This document shows, one piece after another, positions 19,653 to 29,556 of a DNA stretch of 64,000 bases. Origin of the DNA: a virus. Lineage: Duplodnaviria; Caudoviricetes. The first letter of the stretch is position 1. Every line of letters begins with the position of its first letter. The notes below the pieces were generated by a model that was given only the letters and a program-made list of their open reading frames with translations, was not told the origin of the DNA and did not search any database. The DNA is taken from positions 3,311 to 67,310 of IMG/VR virus record IMGVR_UViG_2634166314_000001. One strand, written 5' to 3'. A program made the translations under genes and the position numbers.

Positions 19653-20462
19653 CTATTTCCAGATTACAGTTGAGCTAGGTATATCCAAGACGAAAAAACC
19701 TTTCGTCGTCTGCCTTCCAGTCGTAAATACTGTCCAGGTTGCACCATCTTTCCAATAAGCGTTTTTGATGTCGCAGTCAATAAGGAACGCTTTGTCTTTT
19801 ATATAGTTTGAAAGCTCTCTAAGCGACAAGTAACCGTTAAATTGAGTGAGCTTGAAGAAATCCGTAATTGCATCTCTGACGGTAATACCATAGTCGGAAT
19901 TTAGACCAGTGGTCAGGTTTCCCCCGGCCGTACTACGTGTAATTTCGATTTCAAGTTTAATTGTATCGGCGGTTGCATTATCAATTAACACTTTTACTCC
20001 CGCAGGCTTAATACTTCGAAAGTAATATGAGAACTCTGCAAGCTCCGTAGGCGTTAGACTAACCGCATTGCCCGCATTATCCGCCTTCGCTACTCGCACA
20101 TACAAAAACCCGTTATTATCCTCCTGCACACTCACGTACTTAATAATCTGCTTGGTGGTGTCAATTTGTGGATACTTAGGAACAAAGTCCGTCCATGTAA
20201 GTGTATCTGAGATCTGGAATTTTTTAGCCCGGTCAGCATACCATCCGATTGTCATAACCTGCGTATTATCTACGTAAGCCTGAACCTGTGTACGCATCCT
20301 GTCCCAGTTAATTTCGACCTGCAAGATTATCTCCGCAGCTATACCCTTGATAACATCCCAAAGCCGGACATTTCCGGTTGTGGTAGTATTTTCAAGACTG
20401 GGCAAAAGCTCTAACGTCTTGTTTGTGATACTTGTAAATATTTCGTTCCTTGTGCGTGCCAT
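19653..20462 (-). CDS. baseplate J-like protein
   Basis: MARTRNEI, WYADRAKKFQ, IKPAGV motifs; position. Confidence 0.7.
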   Translation of the reverse strand: MARTRNEIFTSITNKTLELLPSLENTTTTGNVRLWDVIKGIAAEIILQVEINWDRMRTQVQAYVDNTQVMTIGWYADRAKKFQISDTLTWTDFVPKYPQIDTTKQIIKYVSVQEDNNGFLYVRVAKADNAGNAVSLTPTELAEFSYYFRSIKPAGVKVLIDNATADTIKLEIEITRSTAGGNLTTGLNSDYGITVRDAITDFFKLTQFNGYLSLRELSNYIKDKAFLIDCDIKNAYWKDGATWTVFTTGRQTTKGFFVLDIPSSTVIWK

Positions 20463-20672
20463 TTATGTTACGATTGGGCTGTACGGGCTTAAAGCGCGCA
20501 CGGTTTGCGGTTTGATTTTGTCGTCCCTGATTTCTAAACTCAGATTCGTAATCGGGTCTGTAAGCGAGGTTAAAGCGTTATCCTCAATGAGCCACTGTAC
20601 GCCTGCTATATCACCGTAAAACTGTAGCGCAACATCATACAGCGTCTGTTTTTGCTTAACTTGATATTTCAT
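20463..20672 (-). CDS. LysM-like tail protein X
   Basis: QTLYDVALQFYG. Confidence 0.75.
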   Translation of the reverse strand: MKYQVKQKQTLYDVALQFYGDIAGVQWLIEDNALTSLTDPITNLSLEIRDDKIKPQTVRALSPYSPIVT

Positions 20673-20946
20673 CCGCTAACAGGGTTTTAATGTCGGCAGC
20701 CTGCAAATCTGCATTAATTCCGACCTGATTTAGTTCGCCTAAGACGATACGATTAAGTGCGACTGTTGGGGTTGTGGAATTGACATAATCCAAGATTCCA
20801 ACCCCCGAAATCGGCTCGAATTTATTACCACCTTTTCGGGTCGTAATAACCGACTTAATTGCCTGGTTCGCTCCGTTGGCGATGATTATATCACCGTTAT
20901 TCACAAGAATCTCGCCTGCGCTATTTGTTAAAATATCGGTTATCAT
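20656..20946 (-). CDS. baseplate gp25/gpW-like protein
   Basis: DIL...GD..I, KG..KFEP..GVGI. Confidence 0.6.
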   Translation of the reverse strand: MITDILTNSAGEILVNNGDIIIANGANQAIKSVITTRKGGNKFEPISGVGILDYVNSTTPTVALNRIVLGELNQVGINADLQAADIKTLLADEISS

Positions 20947-21473
20947 TCGAACAGGGAATTTATCTTTGTTTGCAAAGAAGTAATACTCACAATGGTGTCT
21001 GGGGAAAGGGCAGAGCTGGGCGCGCCGGGCGAGCTACAGATTACCTTAAGTCCATTTAGTAGGCTTATTAAATCGCCAAATATTCCGGCAAGGCTCTGAC
21101 TTGTATTAGCAATCTGCACCTTAGCCCCAGACAATATTTTTACGCCGTTTCCGGTCGCTTCTATTCTTGTGTTTGATACGTTGTAGACCAACTTGTCTAC
21201 TTTGTCAAATTTGACAATCGTAAAATCCTCCCCGTTTTCAATTCGACCTAAAAGCACCTTTGAACCTACTGCTGGGATTAACCAAAATCCTTCCGAGGTA
21301 TCCGGGCTTGCAGATAATTCAACCGTGTGAACAATGTCCGGGCTTCCCTCTTCTGTAACATCTGCGGTTGTGTCTGTTACAGATTGTACAATGCCCGTTA
21401 GTACCTGAATAGTAGTATAGCTTTGCACATGTTCGGCTAGTGCTGTTCGCATTTGCTGGATAGCATTTTCCAT
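20943..21473 (-). CDS. baseplate spike (gpV/gp45-like)
   Basis: OB-fold IPAVGSKVL; position. Confidence 0.65.
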   Translation of the reverse strand: MENAIQQMRTALAEHVQSYTTIQVLTGIVQSVTDTTADVTEEGSPDIVHTVELSASPDTSEGFWLIPAVGSKVLLGRIENGEDFTIVKFDKVDKLVYNVSNTRIEATGNGVKILSGAKVQIANTSQSLAGIFGDLISLLNGLKVICSSPGAPSSALSPDTIVSITSLQTKINSLFE

Positions 21474-21488
21474 TTTTTTAAAAGGTTT

Positions 21489-22448
21489 TTAAGAGACTTT
21501 TAAACCGAGCGATGCAGTCTTGCAAAAGCCTACCTGCCCGCCTTTTACCTCTACCTTTACAGCAATAACATAATATGAGCCATTTTGCTGCGGGTATAGC
21601 TCGTTAACTATTTTTGCGGTATTTCCAACCGCCACAGTACTATGCCCCCACGTTTTTATTTCGCCACGGTATCCGTCGTAGGAGTAACGCTTCAAACTCT
21701 CTTCTGCGAGCTTCTGTAAAGTCGCTGGGTCGGAAATGTCGGGAAACCGCATAACCTTATTATCTCCGCCCAACGTCCCTACAGTTTTTTCAATTTTGTT
21801 TCTGTTTTTAGTCTTGCCGATTGCGGTTATTGAAATATTCACCTGGTCGGCACGGACATATTGCAAGTTGGTATCCTTGCGCATATTATTGTGTGTGTAG
21901 AAATTGACCTCTCCAGTTTTTTGTGTGTAAAGCAGGTGAGCGTTTAGTTCTGTGCCTACACAAAAAATGTTAATGTTAGTGTCCTGCTTAAGCTTTTCTA
22001 AAACCTGATATGCGGTCTGGTCTCTTATTACATACTTTTCGAATCTGATGCCCTGTACGCTTATGTTGAAGGTAAATCCACCGATCTGATTCACAATATC
22101 TTTAATCAGCGTGCTAATATCTACATTCGTATAGGACTTGTTTTTGACCTGTTTGCGAAGCAAAAACATACTATCCTCAAATTCGAGCCTCATCGGAGTA
22201 TTGGGGCTGATTGCCCGTAAGTAACCTGTAAACTCCTGTCTGTTTTTGCCGTCATAACCGAGTGAAACAGTTGCAATGTCGCCCCGTTTTACCTTGCCTT
22301 CTATATTATAAGGAAGGTTTTGTAACATTGCTGGAAGCTCTATAACACAAGTACCGCTTAACTGCTCTATGCTCTTGTTTATCTCTATTGCAGAGAAAGA
22401 GCGCAAGCGCACGTTAGCAATTCTTATATCGTGAGTAATTTCCAGCAT
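21489..22448 (-). CDS. baseplate hub / late control D-like protein
   Basis: LGYDG..EFTGY, YDGYRGEIKTWG, GSYYVIAV. Confidence 0.75.
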   Translation of the reverse strand: MLEITHDIRIANVRLRSFSAIEINKSIEQLSGTCVIELPAMLQNLPYNIEGKVKRGDIATVSLGYDGKNRQEFTGYLRAISPNTPMRLEFEDSMFLLRKQVKNKSYTNVDISTLIKDIVNQIGGFTFNISVQGIRFEKYVIRDQTAYQVLEKLKQDTNINIFCVGTELNAHLLYTQKTGEVNFYTHNNMRKDTNLQYVRADQVNISITAIGKTKNRNKIEKTVGTLGGDNKVMRFPDISDPATLQKLAEESLKRYSYDGYRGEIKTWGHSTVAVGNTAKIVNELYPQQNGSYYVIAVKVEVKGGQVGFCKTASLGLKVS

Positions 22449-22449
22449 C

Positions 22450-22902
22450 CTAATTTAGCAATTCAAAAATTTGGTCTGAGAGACCTTGTACAATGTAATC
22501 TAAACGATTCCCCTGCATTTGTAATCTAGGGATTTGTTGTATAGCAATATGGCTAATCCCGAAATCCGTTGTTAGGTCACAATAGATTAAAAGACTGCGG
22601 TTATAATCCAAAAAATCCTTTAGCTTATTAATATTCCGTTCGTCTTTTTCCCCGTAATTAGCCGGAGAAATGTCTATAATACTACCCTCTATCGTGATTC
22701 CGTAATCGCCATCCGAAAACAATTCCTTGACCGTTCCCCGATAGTATTTGCTATTCGCCAAAGGCGTTGCGACAATAAATTTTTGCTTTGCAAGCGTAAC
22801 AAGGGGCTCAACAGGAAACCACCAAATATCTGCCGGGGTCTCCGGTTTGGCGAATCCTACAGGGAGTCGCATTGGTATGCCTAAAGCGTTCTTGATTTCC
22901 AT
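22450..22902 (-). CDS. tail tube initiator-like protein (DUF6046-like)
   Basis: GTVKELFSDGDYGITIEG; follows tape measure. Confidence 0.6.
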   Translation of the reverse strand: MEIKNALGIPMRLPVGFAKPETPADIWWFPVEPLVTLAKQKFIVATPLANSKYYRGTVKELFSDGDYGITIEGSIIDISPANYGEKDERNINKLKDFLDYNRSLLIYCDLTTDFGISHIAIQQIPRLQMQGNRLDYIVQGLSDQIFELLN

Positions 22903-22908
22903 ATTTTT

Positions 22909-24597
22909 CTAATTAGCCAACGCCTGGGCGGAACCTACGACGCGTAAAAACATGTCCATAAATTGTCTCTGAACCTCCTCTACGCCTAAGCCCTCACCAG
23001 CAGTGTAATTTAGCGTTTCGAGGAATTTTGAAACGTTAACATTGATTGTAGTCGCCTTTCCACCTGTTGCGCTTCCTGTGCCACCCGCGGAAGCTGAGCC
23101 GGAAACTAATTGCGATTCCGTTTTTTGCTTCTCTTCCGAAAGTCTGGCGTTTCGGTCGCCCGTTAGTTGACGGTGTACATCGTTACGTTTCTGGTCTTTA
23201 CCGTGAATCCTTGATTCTATAAGATTAAACTTATCACTGTCGTACTCTTTCCCAATCTGCGTAAAACTTCTTTTCCAAATATCTAAAGGCCTGTCGCTCC
23301 CTTTTGCATCTGTAAAGCCTTTTTTTATGCTCGTAAATGCCTTCCCGGCTGCTTTTATCTCAGGACTAAAATCATCAATTTTACGGCCACCCCAATCAAA
23401 TAGCTGTGTCATCCATTTCAAGGGAGCAAAGGGTTGTTTGAGCCTATTGCCCAATGTGTCTACTACATTAGCCGCTTGCAAAGCCTTTACATTAAATGTT
23501 TCAAGAATTTTTGAAGCGGTTTCAAATGGGGACACAAAAGTATTCCCAATGTCCCGAAAAGCTTGTTTTAACGGGTCGGCGTTCTTTAAGAAATCATTGC
23601 CAAAGTCAATCAACTTATCCAGTTTTGGGAGCAAATTATCTAACGATTCTGTTGCGATTTCGTTCTTAAATGTCCCCCATAACGTCGAAAGCTTGCCGCG
23701 TGTAGTCTGAGCCTGTTTATCCATAAGGCCGTAAAACTTCCCGCCTTTTTCTGTTAAAGACTCTAACGCTCTGTCGACGTCTTGGAAACTAACCTTTCCG
23801 TCTGAAATAAGCTGCGATAAGGTCGCGCGACTTACTTTTTTAAGCTTTGCAAGGGCGTCTAATATTGGCACAAGGTTGTTTTCAAATTCCCGGGCATTAA
23901 TCATGTCCAGTTTTCCGATTCCTTTAACCTGCGCGTAATTAAAGATGTTCCGGTTTAGGTTCTCCGCTTTTCCACGGCTTAAATCTCCGAACATCGCCAT
24001 CTTTTTTTCAATTTTGTCGGCCGAAACATTTTGACTCAACAATGCACCTGCCTGCAAGACGTCGTCATTTTCGTACGAAGTCTTGTCTGCATATTTGTTC
24101 AAATTCGCAACAACAGAGGCTGCCTTATGCTTGCCAACAAACTGCTCGAAATCCAATAAAGTACTTTGTCTGTCCATGCCCAATTTAGCAGCATAGGTCA
24201 AGCCAGCCGCCGCCATTGTACCCGCCACCAAATAGGGGTTTCCAATCATTGGGAGAGTAGCAGAAAAAGGATTCTTAGAGCCTCCGAGCTTAGGCGTCCC
24301 GAAATTACTATTGCCTCCTCCGCCAGACGGCAGCGTATTCAACCGGGCTTTTAATTTATCTATCTGCTGTTCAGTCTTCTTTATCTTGGAGTCGTCTATT
24401 TCAATGGTCTTTTTGACCTCTAAGCTTTGCAGCTTTGAATTAAGCTTATCTACAAGCTTACCCGTATTTCCGATTGCCCGGTCGAACGAAGCTTGTTTTT
24501 TCACCATACGGTCGGTTTTGTTCGTATAGTTGTTGAAAAGATTATCAAGCGGGCTTGAAAACAAGTCCGATAATCCTATGTCAAAACTGTATGCCAT
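22909..24597 (-). CDS. tail tape measure protein
   Basis: Helical A/K-rich; GKVSF...LTEKGGKFYGLMDKQAQT..GKLSTL. Confidence 0.85.
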   Translation of the reverse strand: MAYSFDIGLSDLFSSPLDNLFNNYTNKTDRMVKKQASFDRAIGNTGKLVDKLNSKLQSLEVKKTIEIDDSKIKKTEQQIDKLKARLNTLPSGGGGNSNFGTPKLGGSKNPFSATLPMIGNPYLVAGTMAAAGLTYAAKLGMDRQSTLLDFEQFVGKHKAASVVANLNKYADKTSYENDDVLQAGALLSQNVSADKIEKKMAMFGDLSRGKAENLNRNIFNYAQVKGIGKLDMINAREFENNLVPILDALAKLKKVSRATLSQLISDGKVSFQDVDRALESLTEKGGKFYGLMDKQAQTTRGKLSTLWGTFKNEIATESLDNLLPKLDKLIDFGNDFLKNADPLKQAFRDIGNTFVSPFETASKILETFNVKALQAANVVDTLGNRLKQPFAPLKWMTQLFDWGGRKIDDFSPEIKAAGKAFTSIKKGFTDAKGSDRPLDIWKRSFTQIGKEYDSDKFNLIESRIHGKDQKRNDVHRQLTGDRNARLSEEKQKTESQLVSGSASAGGTGSATGGKATTINVNVSKFLETLNYTAGEGLGVEEVQRQFMDMFLRVVGSAQALAN

Positions 24598-24772
24598 TAT
24601 TTATATCGGTCAGGATAAAGTAGTTTTAATAGAAAAAGGCATTCTTGCCAGGCTGCGCCGAACTGTTCGTTTGAAAGCTGGTTGGGGTTTTGGATTCCGA
24701 GAAAGTGACGAAGCAAGGTATTGCGCTTCCTTACTTCGTCCAGGTACGTTTCTTGCAGAGGCTTTCCAGCCT

Positions 24773-25081
24773 CTAAACGTTTTTTAAGCTACCCTCGAAC
24801 ACCGGGATTAACTGGGCAGCGGCCTGATAGCATTGGAACAACAAAAGTTCGTCCGCCTCTAAGGCTTCCGGGTTATCGCTGCCCAAGTAGCAGTTTACAA
24901 ACATTGCCTTGCCTCTGTTAAAGCCCTCTTCTGACAAAGCGGCTTGGATAATATCGAGCGTCGGACGCTTAAAAAATACGGCAATTACGGTTGCTTCGTC
25001 TGTTTTAATAGACGCCTCTTTTACTTTTTTGCCCGCAAATCCGGCAATATCTGCCGCGGATAATGGTGCTTTGAAATCCAT
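24773..25081 (-). CDS. tail assembly chaperone (gpG-like); -1 frameshift extension to 24597
   Basis: Between tube and tape measure; slippery A AAA AAC before the stop. Confidence 0.8.
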   Translation of the reverse strand: MDFKAPLSAADIAGFAGKKVKEASIKTDEATVIAVFFKRPTLDIIQAALSEEGFNRGKAMFVNCYLGSDNPEALEADELLLFQCYQAAAQLIPVFEGSLKNV

Positions 25082-25113
25082 ATTTTTGTTTTTAAAAAGC
25101 TTTTAAAAATTGA

Positions 25114-25518
25114 TTAAACGAGACTTAAGAAGATGAAGTTTGCTGTAACTTCCGTGTCCGGGTCGCCCTGTCCGATGCTCACATCTTCACCGCCGAACTC
25201 GCAGAACATTAAGCTGTCTGACTGTACAGTTAAGTCCGGGCGTTTGTACGCAATTGTGATTGTGAACGGCGGAACATCTCCGAGAAGCTTTACACCGAAG
25301 CGCGCTTTAATTGCAATCAGGTCTCTTTTTTTAATTGTGATTGAGCCGCTGAAGCTCTTGTTTCCAATCCCGACGAATTGGGGGTTTGTCCCAGCTCCGT
25401 ACTGCAATTTCTTATCGAAATCGGCAGTGTACTGCACACGGGTAAAGCTTGTAAGCTCCTGCCCGTTGTGCAGTAATCGAAGCTGAGACCAGTCGTATGC
25501 TCTACTGTCGAATGCCAT
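25114..25518 (-). CDS. tail tube protein
   Basis: FDSRAYDWS, YGAG..P...G.GNKSFSGSITI. Confidence 0.8.
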   Translation of the reverse strand: MAFDSRAYDWSQLRLLHNGQELTSFTRVQYTADFDKKLQYGAGTNPQFVGIGNKSFSGSITIKKRDLIAIKARFGVKLLGDVPPFTITIAYKRPDLTVQSDSLMFCEFGGEDVSIGQGDPDTEVTANFIFLSLV

Positions 25519-25527
25519 CTTTATCTG

Positions 25528-26694
25528 TTAAATTGTTGTTGCGAAACCAATCTTGACGATAATTTCTTTCATTGTCGCAGTCGGAACAATCTTTAGAACA
25601 ACCTCTAAATTGCCCGTTTGTAAAATGTTCTGAGCCGGGTTAATTTGGCATTTTACTGCGCTGATTTCCCCCTGGCAGTTGATTGTAACCGCGCTTTCAC
25701 ATTCTCTTTCGAAAAATGAAAGTTTAGCAGCGTCTAACAAACCATTATCTATTACGATTGTCTCGTTAACGTGGTTAACGAACGTAGCGTAAGCAATACG
25801 GTGAACCTTGTCGATAGTTCTGCCAGCCTGCAAGCTTGAATAATCGTCGCTTGTCGCTGTCGCAGTACTGTCGTTTAAGAAGAAATATCCCAACTTACCC
25901 GGATAAGCTGTAGGTACAATGTACCCCTTGCTCGCAAGCGTTGCCAAATCTGCGAACTGACTTTCTATCGTCGTTCCGTTCGTAAGATACATTGCAGAAC
26001 TAGGCAGCGCACCCCAGCCCACATGTCCGATGTGCTGGTTAACTGCAACTGCGGCAATCCTGCCTAAAAGCAAGCCTTGCGCGGCATTTCTTGCAGCAAC
26101 CGTAACACAGGCAAGGTTAATGGCCACCCGGTTATAAGCCGCGCTCGTAAGGTTTACCACTACAGCCGGGTCGCTTCCGTAGAATCTACCGTCCAAGATT
26201 ATACGCAGTGGTTTTTGACCGCCCGCGTAAGTCTCCGCTAACGCCTGCGCCTTGATTAGAGCCGTTGGAATATCTGCGTCTAGCCCGGCCGTAATTGCCG
26301 GAGATGTTCCGCCCGAAACGAACAAAGAAACCGCAAGCACATTGACTCTGCCTTGACTGTAATCAAGCAGCTTCTTTGCAGAGTTTGCCGTATCCTTGTC
26401 GAGTACTTCCGACATTTTGGCTGTTTTCGGGTACATCATAATATAGAACTCTCTGCCCTCGTTCTGTGGGAACGAATAGAAGTCTTTTATTTGTGACCAG
26501 GCCTCTGCGTTCTCTGTTCCTGCGATAGCCGTTAGCCCTAATCCCTCCGCCTGCGCCAAAGAGTTAATCATCTTTGGCGTATATAAGGCAAGGTTAGCCG
26601 TTGCCGTGCCAGTGAACAGCAGTCCGGTGACACGGTCTTGAACGGTCTGGACTTTGCCCAGACCGCCGTTGCTTAAAATGATTTGAACTGCCAT
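25528..26694 (-). CDS. tail sheath protein (DUF2586-like)
   Basis: GLLLGRIA, GYFFLND.TAT..SDDY...RTIDK. Confidence 0.8.
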   Translation of the reverse strand: MAVQIILSNGGLGKVQTVQDRVTGLLFTGTATANLALYTPKMINSLAQAEGLGLTAIAGTENAEAWSQIKDFYSFPQNEGREFYIMMYPKTAKMSEVLDKDTANSAKKLLDYSQGRVNVLAVSLFVSGGTSPAITAGLDADIPTALIKAQALAETYAGGQKPLRIILDGRFYGSDPAVVVNLTSAAYNRVAINLACVTVAARNAAQGLLLGRIAAVAVNQHIGHVGWGALPSSAMYLTNGTTIESQFADLATLASKGYIVPTAYPGKLGYFFLNDSTATATSDDYSSLQAGRTIDKVHRIAYATFVNHVNETIVIDNGLLDAAKLSFFERECESAVTINCQGEISAVKCQINPAQNILQTGNLEVVLKIVPTATMKEIIVKIGFATTI

Positions 26695-26697
26695 TGA

Positions 26698-26928
26698 TTA
26701 GGTCTTTTCGATTGTAGGGAAATCCCAGTGAGTTCCGCGATTTCGCGAAAGTTTCCACAAATCACCATGCCCATCTAAAAAGACCTTTAGGTTCACACAG
26801 TCGTCAGAGTGCACCGCGGTAATAATTGCGGGCAATTCTTTCTTTGAAAAACCGGAATGCTGCATAAGTGAAATATCTTCCTCGGTCGGCTTGTATATTA
26901 CAATCCGTCCAATTGTTACTTTTGACAT
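26698..26928 (-). CDS. hypothetical phage protein
   Basis: TIGRIVIY...PAIITAV...VNLKVFLDG. Confidence 0.7.
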   Translation of the reverse strand: MSKVTIGRIVIYKPTEEDISLMQHSGFSKKELPAIITAVHSDDCVNLKVFLDGHGDLWKLSRNRGTHWDFPTIEKT

Positions 26929-26966
26929 ATAAAAGGGGTTTTAAAAGGCTTTTAAAAAGGATTAAA

Positions 26967-27926
26967 TTAAGCTGCTGTATCCTCCACAAGTGCTACAACG
27001 CCCAAGTTATCAAGGCGTTTTTTGATGCCAGTCGCACGGGTAAGCGAAGAAAGAATACTACCGTAAAACTGTGGGTCATTATCTCTTTCGAAAACGTCAA
27101 CTTCCCCTACAGCCTTATAAACCATTGACGGATGCCAGAAAAGACTAGCTGCGTTATCTGTCGCGGCCGCAGTCGTGTAAGTCTTAAGGCTCATATCTTT
27201 TGCCCCGGTGTAGGCGGCATTGATATTAAGCACCCGGCTACGCTTCATAATCTTAAATCCCATTAGCTCGTTGATTACACCAGCTTTCAAGTCCGCTTCG
27301 TTGGTTACATCACGGCGTAGCATCACATCGTCAGAAAACAGATCGTTATACATCTGAGGTGTTAATAACGCTACACGGCCGTCTTGCGGGACATCTTGCG
27401 CGTCAAGCATTGCCGCCATTCTTGCGATGTCTTGTCGCAAAGCGGTTTTTCTGTTACCAGTCGACCCGGCCAGCTCCGCAGCTCTTGCCGCCCCTGTTGT
27501 CTTGCTGATGCGGACAAACGGAGAGGCTGCGCCCGTCGTCGCGACGTTAATAAATCCGCTAGCTGCGGCCCAGTTGAACAGTACTTTCAAAGCAACACGG
27601 TCGGTCAAGTTTGCCAAGTTTTGCGACATAACAGAGTTCCGTTTCGAGAACGAAAGTTCGTATTCATCAATTTTGGCGATTCTGACAGGCTTTACGTAAA
27701 AATTCGTAAGCGGTAGGATTAAATCCAAGTCCGTACGCTCTGTTGCATCAACGGGAAACACGGTTAAGTCTTGCTCCACATCTGTCGCTCCACCAGCCTG
27801 CGGGATATGCAGGAACTTACCGTTTATCAGGAATGAGGTCGCGTCTTCGGCGAACTCTAAAAATTTGTTGTTAGCGTAAATCGCCTCCACGATGTCGTTA
27901 ATCCAGATTTCTTTTTGGATAGCCAT
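26967..27926 (-). CDS. major capsid protein (HK97 fold)
   Basis: MAIQKEIW, HIPQAG, DAQDVPQDGRVALL, GFKIMKRS; follows protease/scaffold. Confidence 0.85.
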   Translation of the reverse strand: MAIQKEIWINDIVEAIYANNKFLEFAEDATSFLINGKFLHIPQAGGATDVEQDLTVFPVDATERTDLDLILPLTNFYVKPVRIAKIDEYELSFSKRNSVMSQNLANLTDRVALKVLFNWAAASGFINVATTGAASPFVRISKTTGAARAAELAGSTGNRKTALRQDIARMAAMLDAQDVPQDGRVALLTPQMYNDLFSDDVMLRRDVTNEADLKAGVINELMGFKIMKRSRVLNINAAYTGAKDMSLKTYTTAAATDNAASLFWHPSMVYKAVGEVDVFERDNDPQFYGSILSSLTRATGIKKRLDNLGVVALVEDTAA

Positions 27927-27978
27927 TTTTTAAAAGAAGATTTTTTAAAGTATCTATTTGTCTGTTTTAGATTAGCGA

Positions 27979-28920
27979 CTATGCGCCGTATTTTGTGCCG
28001 AACTTCGCGCTAAAAAGCTTACTGAATCGCTCCGGATTACTTTGTTTTAGTGCGTATAATTGACCCGTTTTATCGAGTCTGGTGTACTCGTCTGCAAGCT
28101 TAATTACATCGTTATCTGCCTGCGAATCCGGTTGAATTACATCTGCAAGTGACACAGGGGCTTTTCTTTCAGCTAGCAATTTTTCTACAAGCTCATAGTT
28201 ACCCGAAGCGTCAGCCAACGCGATGAACGTTTCTTTTTCTGTCGCAGAGATGCGCTTTTCGGTAATAGCCTTGTCGCACAATTGTGCAAAGGCGGCCTTT
28301 TCGTCTGTTTTGTTTTTAGCTACAAGCTCATCAAACCTTGCCTTGTAGCCCTGTTCTTGTTTCAATGCAGTAACGGACTGCAAGGCCGCTGACTCGTCTG
28401 CGGAGTCAGACAAATTCAGTAGCTTTCTTAATTGCTCTAACATTGTTTTTTTAGGTTGTTTAAGTTGTTTTAAAAGGTTGTCTGAGAGATTGAAATATGT
28501 ACTCTCGCGGTCATTTTCGTCGACAAGACGAATGCAGGATTTATTTCCCGCGAGCGTAACAAGAGAGGTTTCACGCGCTTTCGAGCGGGCAAAGTACACA
28601 TACTCTTTCCCGTTTATAGTTTTCAGATATGCGCTACTTTCATCCGGGCGAACAGATATAGACGCGCGGGTTATTATGCCATCGTCAACCAACTGTTTTA
28701 CCTTTGCGGCTTCCGCAATCCCTGTGTAGGGATTCCATTTTTGCGAAATCGCACCGTCGACTAATTTGCGGTCTGTCCAGTGCCCGCATGGCACATTTAA
28801 GTCATGATTAAAAAAACATGTTGGCTCTTGGTCGACGTCGCTAAAGTCTATCCCTTCGCTGTCCAGCCCAAAACCATACACATTTATCGTGTCTTGTGTA
28901 GCTATGAAAATGTAATTCAT
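27979..28920 (-). CDS. prohead protease/scaffold (Mu gpI-like)
   Basis: FFNHD, RASISV, ETSLVT..GN protease motifs plus helical scaffold C-terminus. Confidence 0.8.
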   Translation of the reverse strand: MNYIFIATQDTINVYGFGLDSEGIDFSDVDQEPTCFFNHDLNVPCGHWTDRKLVDGAISQKWNPYTGIAEAAKVKQLVDDGIITRASISVRPDESSAYLKTINGKEYVYFARSKARETSLVTLAGNKSCIRLVDENDRESTYFNLSDNLLKQLKQPKKTMLEQLRKLLNLSDSADESAALQSVTALKQEQGYKARFDELVAKNKTDEKAAFAQLCDKAITEKRISATEKETFIALADASGNYELVEKLLAERKAPVSLADVIQPDSQADNDVIKLADEYTRLDKTGQLYALKQSNPERFSKLFSAKFGTKYGA

Positions 28921-29106
28921 TTTGCTTTCCCTTGTTGTTCGAAACAAAGCTCGAACAAAATTTTAAGTGTCGCAAAAACCTATTTTCAAATTGACCTAAA
29001 ATTAAGTTCAAATTAGCCTAAATTCAGACTAAATTGGATTTGACTTTTTGTAACTACTTGAATAACTGCTGAATTTCGAAGAAAAAAGACAAACATTCTT
29101 GAATTT
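28921..29106. promoter_or_regulatory. Divergent late control region with five phased AAATT repeats
   Basis: AAATT at 28988, 28999, 29010, 29020, 29031. Confidence 0.6.
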
Positions 29107-29556
29107 ATGACAGCAGAAAAGCTAGCCGAAACCCTTTATTTTAGCGGGTTAAGTCAGAAAAAAATCGCAGAAATTACAGAGAAGTCCGAGGCCACGGTAT
29201 CAGCCTGGGCACAAAAAAACAAGTGGGCAGATAAGCGCGCCAGCACCTTAGCCACCCAGGAAAGTGCCGTACAAAGAATCATGAGTCTGATAGATTACCA
29301 GCTCAGATATTTGGAGCAACAAAAGGATAAGGCGATACAGGAGGGAAAACTTGTTCCGCTGGATAAGGGGCAGATTGATGCTCTTTCAAAGCTGCTATCT
29401 GGCATTAAGCAAAAGGAGATGACATTCGCCCAAATAGTAAACAATATTACTGAATTATTAGGCTGGCTACAGACGGAAGATATTGCACTCAGCAAAGCCC
29501 TTGTTCCCTTCACTAATAAGTTTATTAATCTCAAAAAGGATAATTTCGACAAGTGA
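29107..29556 (+). CDS. terminase small subunit (HTH)
   Basis: LSQKKIAE...SEATVSAWAQKNKW; precedes TerL. Confidence 0.8.
   Translation: MTAEKLAETLYFSGLSQKKIAEITEKSEATVSAWAQKNKWADKRASTLATQESAVQRIMSLIDYQLRYLEQQKDKAIQEGKLVPLDKGQIDALSKLLSGIKQKEMTFAQIVNNITELLGWLQTEDIALSKALVPFTNKFINLKKDNFDK

Noticed and set aside
19653-26694. Stand-alone contractile injection system or tailocin
   Set aside because: Linked to capsid, portal, terminase and transposase, so it is a phage tail.
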